Assembly (NCBI RefSeq): GCF_009914755.1
Contig: NC_060940.1
Length of the DNA stretch: 64,000 nt
DNA from: the human T2T-CHM13v2.0 reference genome, Homo sapiens
Reading direction: 5' to 3' (one strand)
A program made the translations under genes and the position numbers. A model generated the notes under the pieces. That model saw nothing but the letters and a program-made list of their open reading frames with translations, did no database searches and had not been told where the DNA came from. Each line of letters begins with the position of its first letter. Position 1 is the stretch's first letter. Below, piece after piece: positions 22,957-46,175 of the stretch.

Positions 22957-24092
22957 TCCTTATACATATCTACCGTAAGAAAGTATTTTCTTTCTTCTAA
23001 GTAAACAAGTAATATTTCAAGAAGTACAAAAACAAGTAAAATGAAGGACTAATTCCATTTACTCATTAAACTCTTCTGCTGAAAAAAGTAGACAGTATTG
23101 GGGAGGGAAATGCTATAATGTGCTTACAGTTCAATTTTGTGTTTCAAAGTTCCAAAAGTTTAAGAATCTGGTAATTAGCTATTTGTTAAATCTCTCACCA
23201 ATCAAAGGGAAATAATATACTGCAAAACAGGTGTGAGAGAAAGTAATACTGGCAACAAAAAGTTCTATTCAGCATTTGAACTATTTCTACTGCTGCTTTA
23301 AGGAGACAATAGTTTTGGAGTAACAGTTTTGGTTTGCTTCAAATGCTTGTGAGACCTACTATAGTCCATGTAAATTTGAATATATATGCATATGGTAATT
23401 TCTCTCCAAACCAGCCAACGGACATAGCAATGCTGTTAACAGCAGATTATACCGCTTAGCCAAGAGTAGTATCATTCTGTATTAGTTATTCTAAGCAGTC
23501 CCTATAGTTAAGATATATGTAAGAAGAGTAAATTTCATTCCAAGTATCATTTCACAAGAGTTTTAGTTAATAGTGGGGTGGCCAAACTATACACTATTAA
23601 AATCAAACACATGGAATCAAAGACCCTAACAAAGTATAGTACCATGTTCTACATCAAATTCAGATTAAAACTCAATCCTTGACTGCCTATAAAGGTAAAA
23701 TCTGCAAATGTTAAAATCAATAATATAGATAATAATACAAATAGAAACAATAGGGATACTTCAACAAATGTTTATTTCATACCTGACACTATGCTGAAAA
23801 TGTTTAATTATTACAAAACTATGTCTATTTTGCAAATAAGAAAAATGAGATTCAGAGTCACACAATTAGTACATAATGACATCAGGGTAGGAACCTGTGT
23901 CGGTTTCATAAAACCTAGGTTCTTTTCAGGAAAACCAAATTATTTTATATATAGTTAAAATAAATTAAGCAGAAGAGAGCTCAAACCACTTTATGTGTTA
24001 ACTTATTCACACCAAGAAACCTAAAAAAGCTATGTTTTAAAATTACCATTATTTCATTAAGTCCAATATATCATGATTTAAAAGATACACCA

Positions 24093-24397
24093 TTTTTTTT
24101 TTTTTTTTTTTTTTTTGAGACGGAGTCTTGCTGTCGCCCAGGCTGGAGTGCAGTGGCGCAATCTCGGCTCACTGCAGGCTCCGCCCCCTGGGGTTCACGC
24201 CATTCTCCTGCCTCAGCCTCCCGAGTAGCTGGGACTACAGGCGCCCGCCACCTCGCCCGGCTAATTTTTTTGTATTTTTAGTAGAGACGGGGTTTCACCG
24301 TGTTAGCCAGGATGGTCTCGATCTCCTGACCTCGTGATCCGCCCGCCTCGGCCTCCCAAAGTGCTGGGATTACAGGAGTGAGCCACCGCGCCCGGCC
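24093..24397 (-). mobile_element. Young AluYe5-like element
   Basis: Ye diagnostics (GGCGAGGTGG, extended G-run before CGGAGCCTGC, AG deletion in GACAGCAAGAC), most CpGs retained, TSD AAGATACACCATTTTT. Confidence 0.8.
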
Positions 24398-24423
24398 AAG
24401 ATACACCATTTTTTACGCACCAC

Positions 24424-25100
24424 TGCTGAATAATAAAGAATACAGCTGGTCTTTGTCCCTGGTTCCTGTGAGGAGACTCTAATCCTTAGCATTTCCTGAA
24501 TAATAGGAGTGTCTTTGTTATTCATGACCCCCTTGGATCACCCCCCAGTTTATGCTAAGAGATGAGAAGACTCAGGACAGCGGCTGGTCACCAGAAAAGA
24601 CCAACCACCATGTGATTAGAGGGTTGGGGCTCTGAGCCACCCTGACCTGGGTGGGGAAGCACAGGGGGCTGGAGACTGAGTTGAATCATGAGGTCAAAGA
24701 TTCAACCAATTATGCCTTCATAATGATTCCCCAATAAAAACATTGTACTGAACACCAGTGGAGTTTCCCAGCTGATGAACTGTTCGATATGGTAGGAGGG
24801 TGACAGGCCTTGATTCCACTGGGAGAGGGTACAAAGTTCTGTATTTGGGACTCTTCTAGACCTCACCCTATGTGTCTCTTCAGTTGGCTGGTGCTGATTT
24901 GCATCAAGCTAAAACTGTAATTGTAAGTATAGCACCTTCCTGAGTTCTGCCAAGTTCTTCCTTGCAGACAGTTGGTCAGAAGTGCAGCTGGAGTCTGAAG
25001 GGCAGTCTTGCTGGGGCCTTGCCCTTTAACTTGTGAATTCTGCACTAACTCTGGCAGTCAGTGTCAGATCTGTATTACAGCAAGCCAGCTGGTGTCAGAA
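24424..25100. mobile_element. MER21-like ERV LTR
   Basis: Motifs GGTCTTTGTCCCTGGTTCCTG, ATTTCCTGAATAATAGGAGTGTCTTTGTTATTCATGA and terminal GGTGTCAGAA resemble MER21 consensus. Confidence 0.6.
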
Positions 25101-25118
25101 TAACCATTAAGAAAAATC

Positions 25119-25990
<872 letters not shown>

Positions 25991-26976
25991 TCAGGAGGCT
26001 GAGACAGGAGAATCACTTGAGCCCAGGAGGTCAAGGCTGTAGTGTGTTATGATAGGGCCTGTGAATAGCCACAGTACTCCAGCCTGGACAACATAGCATG
26101 ATCCAATCTCTATTTTTTTTAAAAAAAGAAAAATAAATTTTAAAAAATTCTGCCAATTAAACTATAACCTACCATCAACTCTAATATATATGCTGATTTC
26201 AGAAGTTTTAAAATGGATAAAAAATGTTTCAAAATAAAGAAAATTATTTACCTATATTCCAATTTTGTAACATATAATGCATTCTTTTAAAATTTTTAAA
26301 TAGCACAAAAACATGTAGGAAAAAAAACTCCCTTTCCCCTATTCAGTGGTAATCAGTTCAGTATGTATCCTAAAACAGGATGTTTCATTCCACCTTTATA
26401 ATTTCAAAATATGGCAAACAAAATTTTAGTGACTCAGCAAATGGGAATCAGAACTCAGCATCCCAAATCCCAAGGGTGCTATTTTCTGTTATACACACCC
26501 TATTGGTTCTAAACTAATTTTAAAAGATAGCTACTGACTATTTAGAAATCTTAGTTTCTCTTCTCATCTGGTTAATGAAAAAATAAAAATTAAAAAAAAA
26601 GAAAAACAGTTGGTTATTTCGATGACTAAGAATAAAAGTATATGACCATCAGCCAAAGGGCAATCCATTTTATCACAAATGATCTTAACAACTTTTCAGA
26701 CAGGAGGCAATGATTACACTAAGCTTCACTAGTGAGTCATTTTTATCACTCGAAACAGTTCAATAGAAAAGACAAGCCAAATATTTTAATTGTAAGTAGC
26801 AGCAGATTGAGAGACAAGACCAATCTATCACCAGCCAGCTGCAGGAATGTGCATTCAACCTGAACCCTCTGAGTCTGTTTTCACTGAGGGAAATGGCCTC
26901 AGTGATTCCTAATGGGGAAGTTTCTGACTTTTGGGACAGGAAAATCCTTGGCTGTACAAGGTTGTCCCACACACAT

Positions 26977-28505
<1,529 letters not shown>

Positions 28506-31085
28506 CTAAGTAGACAGGAGACAGGATATAAAACTGAATATGATGTGAGCCCAAATACATAAATATTTAAAAGTATGTGGGATTGAAAAAAGATCTGGGT
28601 AAAAATAATGTTACTATGGGGAGGCAATACAGAAGACAGACGTAGTATAAGAATGCCAGGATTCAAACTCCAGCTCTACCACTTAGTAGCCGATTGCACT
28701 TAGATGAGATGCTTAACCCTGTGAAACTTTATTTTCCTCATTTATAAAATGGGGACAGTGTCTACCTCACAAGATGGTTGTGAGGATTAAATGAGGTAAT
28801 TTACATAAAGCATAAGCATTGATTATCATTTCTCTTTATGCTTTTTCATTTTCCAAAATTTCTTCGGTGAACATACTTCAGTAATCAGCAAAAAGTTCCT
28901 TAAAAAGATAATGCCTTAGATTGTCAACTATCTGACAAAGGGCTTTTACGCAGAAAATACTCCCTTGATTAGATAATGTAAAACTGATTATAAACAAGTA
29001 ACAGCTGAGTAACAGATCTAAAAACAATCTTGAAATAAGCATGATTAAATAGTGAAACTGAGGAAGTGTCACTGCTGCGCCAGTTCCTGTCACAGCTGGC
29101 CTTTACTCAGAAAGAAGTCCATCATCTACCTTGAATGATTCAGGCATTCCAACTGCAGGGCAGTACCTGCCTGTCCTTGAGCAGGTTACTGAATCTCTCT
29201 CAAGGCCTCAATCTTCCTCATCTAAAAGCAACGATACTACCTCCCTTGGAGTTATTGTGAGGATTTAATGAGAAAATGTGCATAAAGCACTAAGCATACC
29301 AACACATGAAAGCACTTAATGTTAGCTGAAATCTACCATCATCATCATCCTTAGCTGGATAAAAGTTATTGAGCTCCTACTCCAGCAATGAAAATATATT
29401 CATTCTTTGAAACCACAGTTCAATAGTGCTTTCATTATTTTCTAATCAATTATACCTTCAAAGGGCTATTTCATTATAAATGATGAAGGCTACAGGGCAC
29501 ATAAGTAAATAAACACATAAGTAAATAAACTATCACATTCGGATTCTTAACTAATTACACAACTACTAGTAGCAAGCCATTCCAGTGGGGTTTTCTTCGT
29601 ATTTCTAATATCTTTGTATACATAAACATTACTATACAAATGAATACACCATATACTTAAATAAGTTAATCAATCACTACCAGATATAATATAGGTCAAG
29701 GCTTTCCACCTGATAAAATTAGATCAGAATCAGTGTTAAGACTTAGAAAAGCCTAAGGATCACCCAGTCTGATCCTTTCGTTTTACAAATGGATTTAGCA
29801 AATGTAGTAAACTGGTGAACAAGGAAAACATTCAAATGCTAATCTACTTTTTCAGGAATTAGTCCAAATCCTAAAAGGAACACATAGTAGATCTCAGTTT
29901 AGACTTTAAAAATGACATCAAATTTTAGCTCAGCTAAAGGTGTTACTATTATTACCACACTTTTAAGGTGTAAGTGGGAGCTTCCTTTTCACTTTCAACA
30001 GTATTAAATCCACAGCTTTGAATTCTGTTTCAAGACACTTTTTCAATGACAGGAAATGCAGAAAGGAGAAAAATCATGGTCAGGCATTTAAAGACCTCTT
30101 ATTTGACAACTAATTCAAAGAACTAACAGCGATTTTCTTTAAAAAGCTGAATCAAAGAGTTTACATGCATAGTATAAGACTATTATAAAAATATTTTCTT
30201 CACATTTGCATAAAAATTTTTCAACACACAAATGGCTTTTAAACCCATGAAAATATGCTCATTAAGAGAAATGAAAATTAAAATAACAAAACAACAAAAT
30301 TCCTCTCACATTTGCAGAAATCTAAGTCACTTGGCCTAGAAAAAGATTTGTCGTTGGAATGCTGACTTTATGATTCTCTAATTTTAAAACTTTTAACAAT
30401 CATTTCTATTTAAGAGCAAGTCTGAGCTCATTCATGTGTATGTGCCTCTATTTATACATAAAATTTACTACTAACATATTTTTGAGAAAGTAAGGAGAAA
30501 ATAGATATACTTTCATATTTCTGATGGAAATATAACCTCTATGAAGAAGAATTTGACAGTAACTATGAAAATTAACAATACTAATATCCTTTGACCCAGC
30601 AGTTCCACTTCTAGGAGTTTATCATACAGACTCTCACATATGAGAGATACCACAGGTACATGGATACTCACTGCAGCACTTCTTGTAGTAGCAAAAAACT
30701 GGTAACAACTTGAATGTCCATTAATAGAAGACTGGCTAAAATTATAGTAGACTCAAAATTGAACACTACTGCAGCCATTAAATAAGTGACAACTATATAA
30801 ATTTTAACATGGAAAGATCTCTAAAAGATATTAAGTCAATAATGTGTTGCATACAGCACCATGAGTTTTAAAATTTATAATATATGTAGAGACACATACT
30901 CACGCATGGGCACATATATGCTTATAATTTAACAGAATATTCCTAGCGTGCATAAAGAAGCTGGTAATAACTATCAAGAACAGGCCTGGGTAGTTGGGGA
31001 ATGAGGGACAGAAAAGTACTTCTCACTCTATACCCTTTTTAAAAATTTCATTCTATTTACACTTTTCAAAAAAAAAAACAACAAC

Positions 31086-31384
31086 TTTTCTTTTTTTTTT
31101 TTTTGAGACAGTGTCTTGCTGTCACCCAGGCTGCAGTGCAGTGGCATGATCTCGGCTCACCGCAACCTTGGTCTCCCAGGTTCAAGAGATTCTCATATCT
31201 CAGCCTCCTGACTAGCTGGGATTACAGGTGCGCACTACCATGCCTGGCTAATTTTTATATTTTTAGTAGCAGCAGGGTTTCGCCATGTTGACCAGGCTGG
31301 TCTCGAACTCCTGACCTCAAGTGATACACCCACCTCAGCCTCCCCAAGTGCTGGGATTATAGGCATAAGCCACTGTGCCCAGCC
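31086..31384 (-). mobile_element. AluS
   Basis: Full dimer with T-tail, ~270 bp from the exon 2 donor. Confidence 0.92.
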
Positions 31385-31656
31385 AAAAAAATTTAACTTT
31401 TAAAATACTTATTTTTAAATTTAGATATCTGACCTATGGTGTATTCCAAATCAAAGAACTCTCAAATTTTCCTTGGTCAATAGTTTTTAAATTCAAGATT
31501 CATAAAGTCAGCCTTCCAAGGACAAATCTTGAAGCCCAGTGAGTCCGTAATCAACATCAGTTCCGGCAGAATTAAAATCCTAAAGTCCAGTTCTAAGCAG
31601 AAACACATTATTATTTATATTACGGTAGAATTAGAGTGGTAAAACTGAGACCTCAC

Positions 31657-31940
31657 CTGACCAGGTCTCCATGAAGCTGTAAATAAAGACTTTCTCTTCC
31701 CTCTCCAGCACATATTTCTGATGCTGGTGTCTCTACAGTGCAAAGGACGAGATGTAAGTCAGAGGAAGAGGAGGAGGAGGAAGAGGAAGAGGAGGTGGTG
31801 GTGGTTGTAGTGGCAGTGGTAGTGTCTGCTCCATAAAGGTAAACACAGCCTCTCTTTACATCTTCTCTTAGCCAGTCTCTTTCTCGAGAACCAAACCTAC
31901 TTCTCCTATTCAAACAATTTCTGCTCCCATTGCGTTTCAT
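31657..31940 (-). CDS. PHLPP2: PHLPP2 exon 2, first coding exon of the canonical isoform: [37 protein letters not shown]...LQLHGDLVR (exon 31657-31946)
   Basis: ATG at 31938-31940, preceded by 6 exonic nt (AGAAAT) and a TTTTTAG acceptor (TAG at 31947-31949). CAG|GTGAGG donor at 31656. 284 coding nt. Recognised PHLPP2 N-terminus. Confidence 0.96.
31762..31824 (-). repeat. Coding trinucleotide low-complexity tract encoding [21 protein letters not shown]
   Basis: (GAG/GAA)n(GTG/GTA)n on the + strand within PHLPP2 exon 2. Confidence 0.9.
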
Positions 31941-32215
31941 ATTTCTCTAAAAAATATCAAGAGAAAGAAATCGTTAGCTAGAACATCTGACTGAATTAGA
32001 CATTTCAGTCCTCACCCCACCTCTCTCTACTTTATATTCCCCAACATTCTGCTCAAGTATCCCCTCCTTTTGTGGAGCACTTCACATCTATCATGCTCAT
32101 TCGTAATAACTCAGATAACTTAATTTTCTTTACTGCTGTCTGTGTTTCCATCCATCATCTTCGTTGACCTCTCTTTTTCTTGTGTTTTCAGAAACGTGTC
32201 AAGAATAACGAAACA

Positions 32216-33153
<938 letters not shown>

Positions 33154-35040
33154 TTAATCTATAAACCATACACAGTATTGTCTTATCTAATTTAAACTTC
33201 ATCTAATCCTTAACAATACTTATGTTTCACCCTGTAATTTTATTTAGTTCAATATTGCTTTAGAGATACAACTGTGTTAATATACCCAGTTCATTCATTT
33301 GAATAATATTCCCTTATACAAATACACCAAACTTTATCCACTCTCCTGTTGACAGCATTCAGTTTGCTTCCAATTTTTCACTGCTAGAAACAATCCAGCA
33401 ATAAACATTTTTGTACATGTCTCCTTATGAAAATGTGTGTTTCTCTAGGGTCCTAACCCTTTGCTTTACATCCCAAATAAGCCAAGTGTAGTATCAACAC
33501 AATACTGCACAAATATACTTTCCATTCCTGCCCTGTTTCAAAAAAAATTAATGTCGCATTTGATAATTTAGGTATGTGAAATTCATATATTGCCAAGTTA
33601 TCTCAAAGCAAAAACAATTTCTACAGGTAATATAACAAGTTTCTAAAGATCAGCATTTGCCTGCTCTATTTTTATGATGGGCTATTTCTGTTCTTTTTGA
33701 TAAAAAAGAAATTTCCACTGACATTTCCGCAGCCATACCTCTCCAGCTTCGTTCCCTACTACTGCCCTTTACTCCATGTTTCAATCACCTCCAACTACCT
33801 GCAGCTCTCCAAACACACCAAGTACACCACAATTCTGTGGCCTGTCTGAAATGGCTTTCTCCACCTCATCCATATGACAAGTTATTCTTCAAAATCCTAC
33901 TCAGGCATCACCTTCTCTATGGAGCCTTCCATATCTCCTATCCTTATTCTCCCTAGACAGAATTAATGACTACCAGACATTTTTACTAGACAGAATTAAT
34001 GAATTATCTAGACAGAATTAAGAACTTCTTCACCTTGAGTACACCTCTAATACTACATCGATGACGATGGGTTTTATTTATTTATTTGATATTTCTTCCT
34101 CTTCTCCATTTCTAGCATGTTAACACCTGGGTGACACAGAAGTGTTTGTAGAACTCAGCTGACATCACAGAAACCTATTCCCAATCTGTACCTTAGTCCA
34201 ATTAGCTCTGGCAAGAAGCTGAACAAACTTGGGGGGAAAAATTCCCATTTCTATGGAGAACCCTACATCTTTGCAGCAGCTGCAAAGTGAATGGGAGTAA
34301 ATAAAATACTTTCAGTAGTATTCCTCATTGGAAAATAGAAATACCTATAAATACAGCAAATACTATTTTTATAATTACTAAGATTAAATATTTGAGGGTA
34401 ATACATTTCTAAAGATGTCAGAGAAAGAGGAATGAAAAGTTAGCAGGTATTTCTATGTGGGAAAAAAGAAAAACAAGAGTAAGAATGGCTTTATTGTTTA
34501 AATTTAGAACTCAGGAAAACTGATCATTTTGCAGATCTTGGGGATTTAGGCATTGCTATTCAAAACCATGAGGATTATTGAATCTAACTTTAGAGAAGTA
34601 GGATAAATCCCTGCTACAAGTGAGAACTAGTTTTCTCATCAAATGCATTTTCTCAAAGCTGAACATCTCAGAATGAAAGGGCTTTCAAGGGCTTACTGCA
34701 TAAACATAGGGACCATCGTATTTGTACTAAGTAATTTTAACCACTGAATAGTCAAATACTGCTAATAGTTAAATATTTAGTAGGTAAATACTGTTAAATT
34801 TTAAATACTCCTCATTTTTTAATCTTTGGGAAAGATTAACTGGACCATCTGAAAACAGTATTCCATATAGTATAGCAATATTTATACAAAGCTCCGCATT
34901 CTCTACTCAGTGGAGAAAAAAGAGTAAGCAGACACTGTTTCACACAAACAAAAAAGTCGTCTTCAGAACAACTTTCTAAGGTCAAATAATGGTCCACTGA
35001 CCTTCTAAATCTTAGAAAAGTCAAGGAAGACTCCAGGAAG

Positions 35041-39597
<4,557 letters not shown>

Positions 39598-40189
39598 CTG
39601 AGAGGCAGTAGCACAAAAAATGTTTTATATTTTACAGAGTTCTAGTTTACGTTGTTCCATGGATTCACTGGGTTCTATTATTGTTTTTCCGTGTTCCCAT
39701 CTTTGTAACATCGTACTAACCTTCATAACATGTAAATACTGCTGAACCTCAATCCCAATAAACTACTAAAGGATTTTTAACATCATACGTTTTGTTTTGC
39801 AATGTATTTTTGAAACACATCAAATTTAAATTTTCTTTCCTTTCCATCCTTCTACTGGGCAAGTTTCATATCCTGAATTCCTCATGTAGAACTCTAGAAG
39901 GAATTCCATTCCACCTGCGGAAGGACACCTAGTTTACGTATTTGACCTACAGAAAAATTTCTCTGCAACTCTTTCAAATGCTAGTAAAAAACTCCACCCA
40001 GTCAGCCTCCCACAACCCCTCCCTTTAACCATCTTCTCCTCCCCACTATCGCCACCCTACCTTGTGCATTCCTTCGTAAACTTACTTGTCATCACCTTCA
40101 AGGTTCCACTCCCCTCTTGCCTACATCTGTTTTCATATCCTCCCACTCCCCCAATTCCTGCCAAGAAGCCCCGCTAGCTGCCTGTTGCA

Positions 40190-41420
40190 TAACGGCTCCC
40201 CCATTCCGTCTCCCTCGGCAGTCGGCCCCGCTCCCGGGAGCAGGAATGCCCCTTTCGGCCCGGCCCCTCCTCCCTTCCGCAACACGCCCAGCAAGTCCCC
40301 GCGACGCAGCTCCAGCGGGGATTCTCTCTCCAAGCTGGGCGGGTCGTCCTTGCCGGCTGGCACCTCGGGTAGCGAGCCCCGAGGGCAGAGGAGCCGGCTC
40401 CACCCGGCCTGGCCCCGAACCCTCCGCGGCGCCGGCCAATCGCCGCTGCCATCCTCCCGCTGGGGTGATGTCTTCAGGTGTCCGGGAGGGGAGAAAGCCC
40501 TGCGTACTTCCAGCCCCGCTCCTGTGCCAGGAACCGGCGGCCCTCCGAGCCCTCCGGAGCCGGCCTCCGGGCCCCGAGCGCGGCGAGGCAAGCAGGGGCG
40601 GCGAAGGGTCCGGGTGGGCGGCGGCTACCGGCAGCCCGAAGGCGTGGGCCTGCGAGGCGGGCGGCGCGCGGCCAGGGATGGGCAGCAGCGGGGTACCGAG
40701 GCGCCGAGGCCTGGACGCGGGCGCGGCGCGGAGGCCTCGGCGTCCCCAGCCGGGTGTGGGGCGGCCGACTGACTGACGCCGGGCGGGGGCCGCCGACTGC
40801 CTCAGCCACTGCGCGGGGCGGGGGCGGCAGCGGCCTCTAGCCTCCCTCGTTCCCTCCCTAGTCCGCTTGCCCGCTCGCCCGCTCGCTCGCTCGCTGGTCC
40901 ATCCGCCTCCTCACCTTCAGGACCCGGATCCCTCCCGGCCGGCGGCTCGCGGGCGCTTCGGGCGGCTCCGGGGGCTCCAGCGGGCCCGCGGGCCCCGGCT
41001 CCACCTCCCCCATCGGCGACCCAGGATTCACAGAGACGCCCGGCCCGCGCGACGGCGTGCGGAGCCTCGGCGGCGCGCGCGAGCAACCGGTGGCCCCGCC
41101 CCCCGCGGCCCGCCGGCTCCGCCCCTCCGGCGGCTCGCCAGCTCCGCCCCTCCCGCAGCCCCGCTGGACCTAAGCAGCTGCGGGCGCCGAGTGGCCCGGG
41201 CGCCACCGAGCCGCATTCCGGCCGCGGCCCGCGTGGCGGAACCTGGCACCACCGCAGAGCGCTGGGCCTCCACTGCCCGCCGCCCTAGGCTTGGAGGACT
41301 AGAGCGCAAGGAGGGGTATTTGCTGCTTTCCCCGCCCTCTAAGAAACCCGCGGGAGAAAGAAGCAGGTGGCGCCGGCACCTGTCAATTGTGACAAGACGC
41401 TGCCCTCCGCCAGGGTGGCT
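40190..41420. promoter_or_regulatory. CpG island / PHLPP2 promoter
   Basis: ~1.2 kb, very GC-rich and CpG-undepleted. GC boxes (CTCCGCCCC near 41117 and 41142), a CCAAT at 40436-40440, no Alus. Confidence 0.92.
40915..41013 (-). CDS. PHLPP2: PHLPP2 alternative CpG-island first exon encoding an in-frame N-terminal extension MGEVEPGPAGPLEPPEPPEAPASRRPGGIRVLK
   Basis: ATG at 41011-41013, 33 open codons, strong AAG|GTGAGG donor at 40914. Phase 0 joins exon 2 as AGA AAT ATG in frame. Confidence 0.7.
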
Positions 41421-41474
41421 CTTGTAACTTCCCTCACCTGCCAAGCCGTTGAACGAACTGTTGAGAATACTCAC

Positions 41475-41850
41475 CTTGGCAAGGCCTTTTCTCTTCCTTA
41501 TCAGAGATGCGTGCGACCTTCTTAAGCAAATTCAACCCAACCTCGTACAAAACGTCCGCTCACCTCCCAGCCATGTTTTAATTCCCTTGCCTCCTCCTGG
41601 AGCAAAATTATCAGAATTCGGTGCTCTGCTTCAAGCAGTAATATGGCCTGTGACCCGGTTTATGATTTATTTGCAAGGCTGATTCAGAAAAAAACTTTTA
41701 AAAGTTAACTTCTTTTCTTTTCTTTGTTTTGTTTTTCTTTTCGTTCTCGCAGTGATAGTAGTTTTGTTGCCAATGGGCCAAATTTGGAGTCAGCCAGCCT
41801 GTTTCCAGATCTCCCCTCTGCCCTTCTTTAGATCTATACCCCTGTGCAAG
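41475..41850 (-). other. PHLPP2: Probable upstream non-coding first exon (5'UTR) of PHLPP2; 5' boundary approximate
   Basis: Consensus donor CCAAG|GTGAGT at 41469-41474 just upstream of the CpG island. The TSS cannot be determined from sequence alone. Confidence 0.5.
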
Positions 41851-42092
41851 TTACTTGATCTAAGCCTTTCGTTCTTAAGCTGTGAGAAAGAGATTAAAAT
41901 CTGCCAAGTAGTTATGATGAAGATTTAGTGCATACAAAGTGCCTAACGTATAGTGGGGATCCATAGTAGCCATTATAATTCCAAAATTCTAAATTGAAGA
42001 TCCAATCGGTTTCTCGAAAAGTACTCTGTCGATTCCTCCTAAATTTTCCTAGGAAGGCTTCTAGACTTCCAGATTTTTAGGGCTTCCCCTCA

Positions 42093-46002
<3,910 letters not shown>

Positions 46003-46169
46003 ACAAGTTTTTAAGTGATTCAAATTCCTCTCTTGGTGAGACTTATGTGTGAAAGGAATACTAACAGGTCAGTAAGTTAGCTCAACCTCTGGAATAAGAA
46101 TTCATCTAAGTCTTCTAATCCAATTGTAAGAAGCAAGGAAGCAAATTTTAAATCATTGGGTATTGACTT

Positions 46170-46175
46170 TTTATT
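46170..46175 (-). terminator. Candidate distal poly(A) signal AATAAA of AP1G1 (second candidate at 46263-46268)
   Basis: TTTATT on the + strand at the end of the repeat-free UTR block. Confidence 0.65.

Noticed and set aside
33953-34021. Repeat-spacer pattern superficially like a CRISPR array
   Set aside because: Primate intron, repeats only 14-17 bp, spacers of 16 and 5 nt, no cas genes.
40086-41474. Overlapping 90-230 aa ORFs on both strands in the CpG island
   Set aside because: Expected from stop-codon scarcity in very GC-rich DNA; low-complexity Arg/Gly/Pro/Ala peptides with no recognisable domain. Only the 33-codon spliced frame at 40915-41013 is supported.
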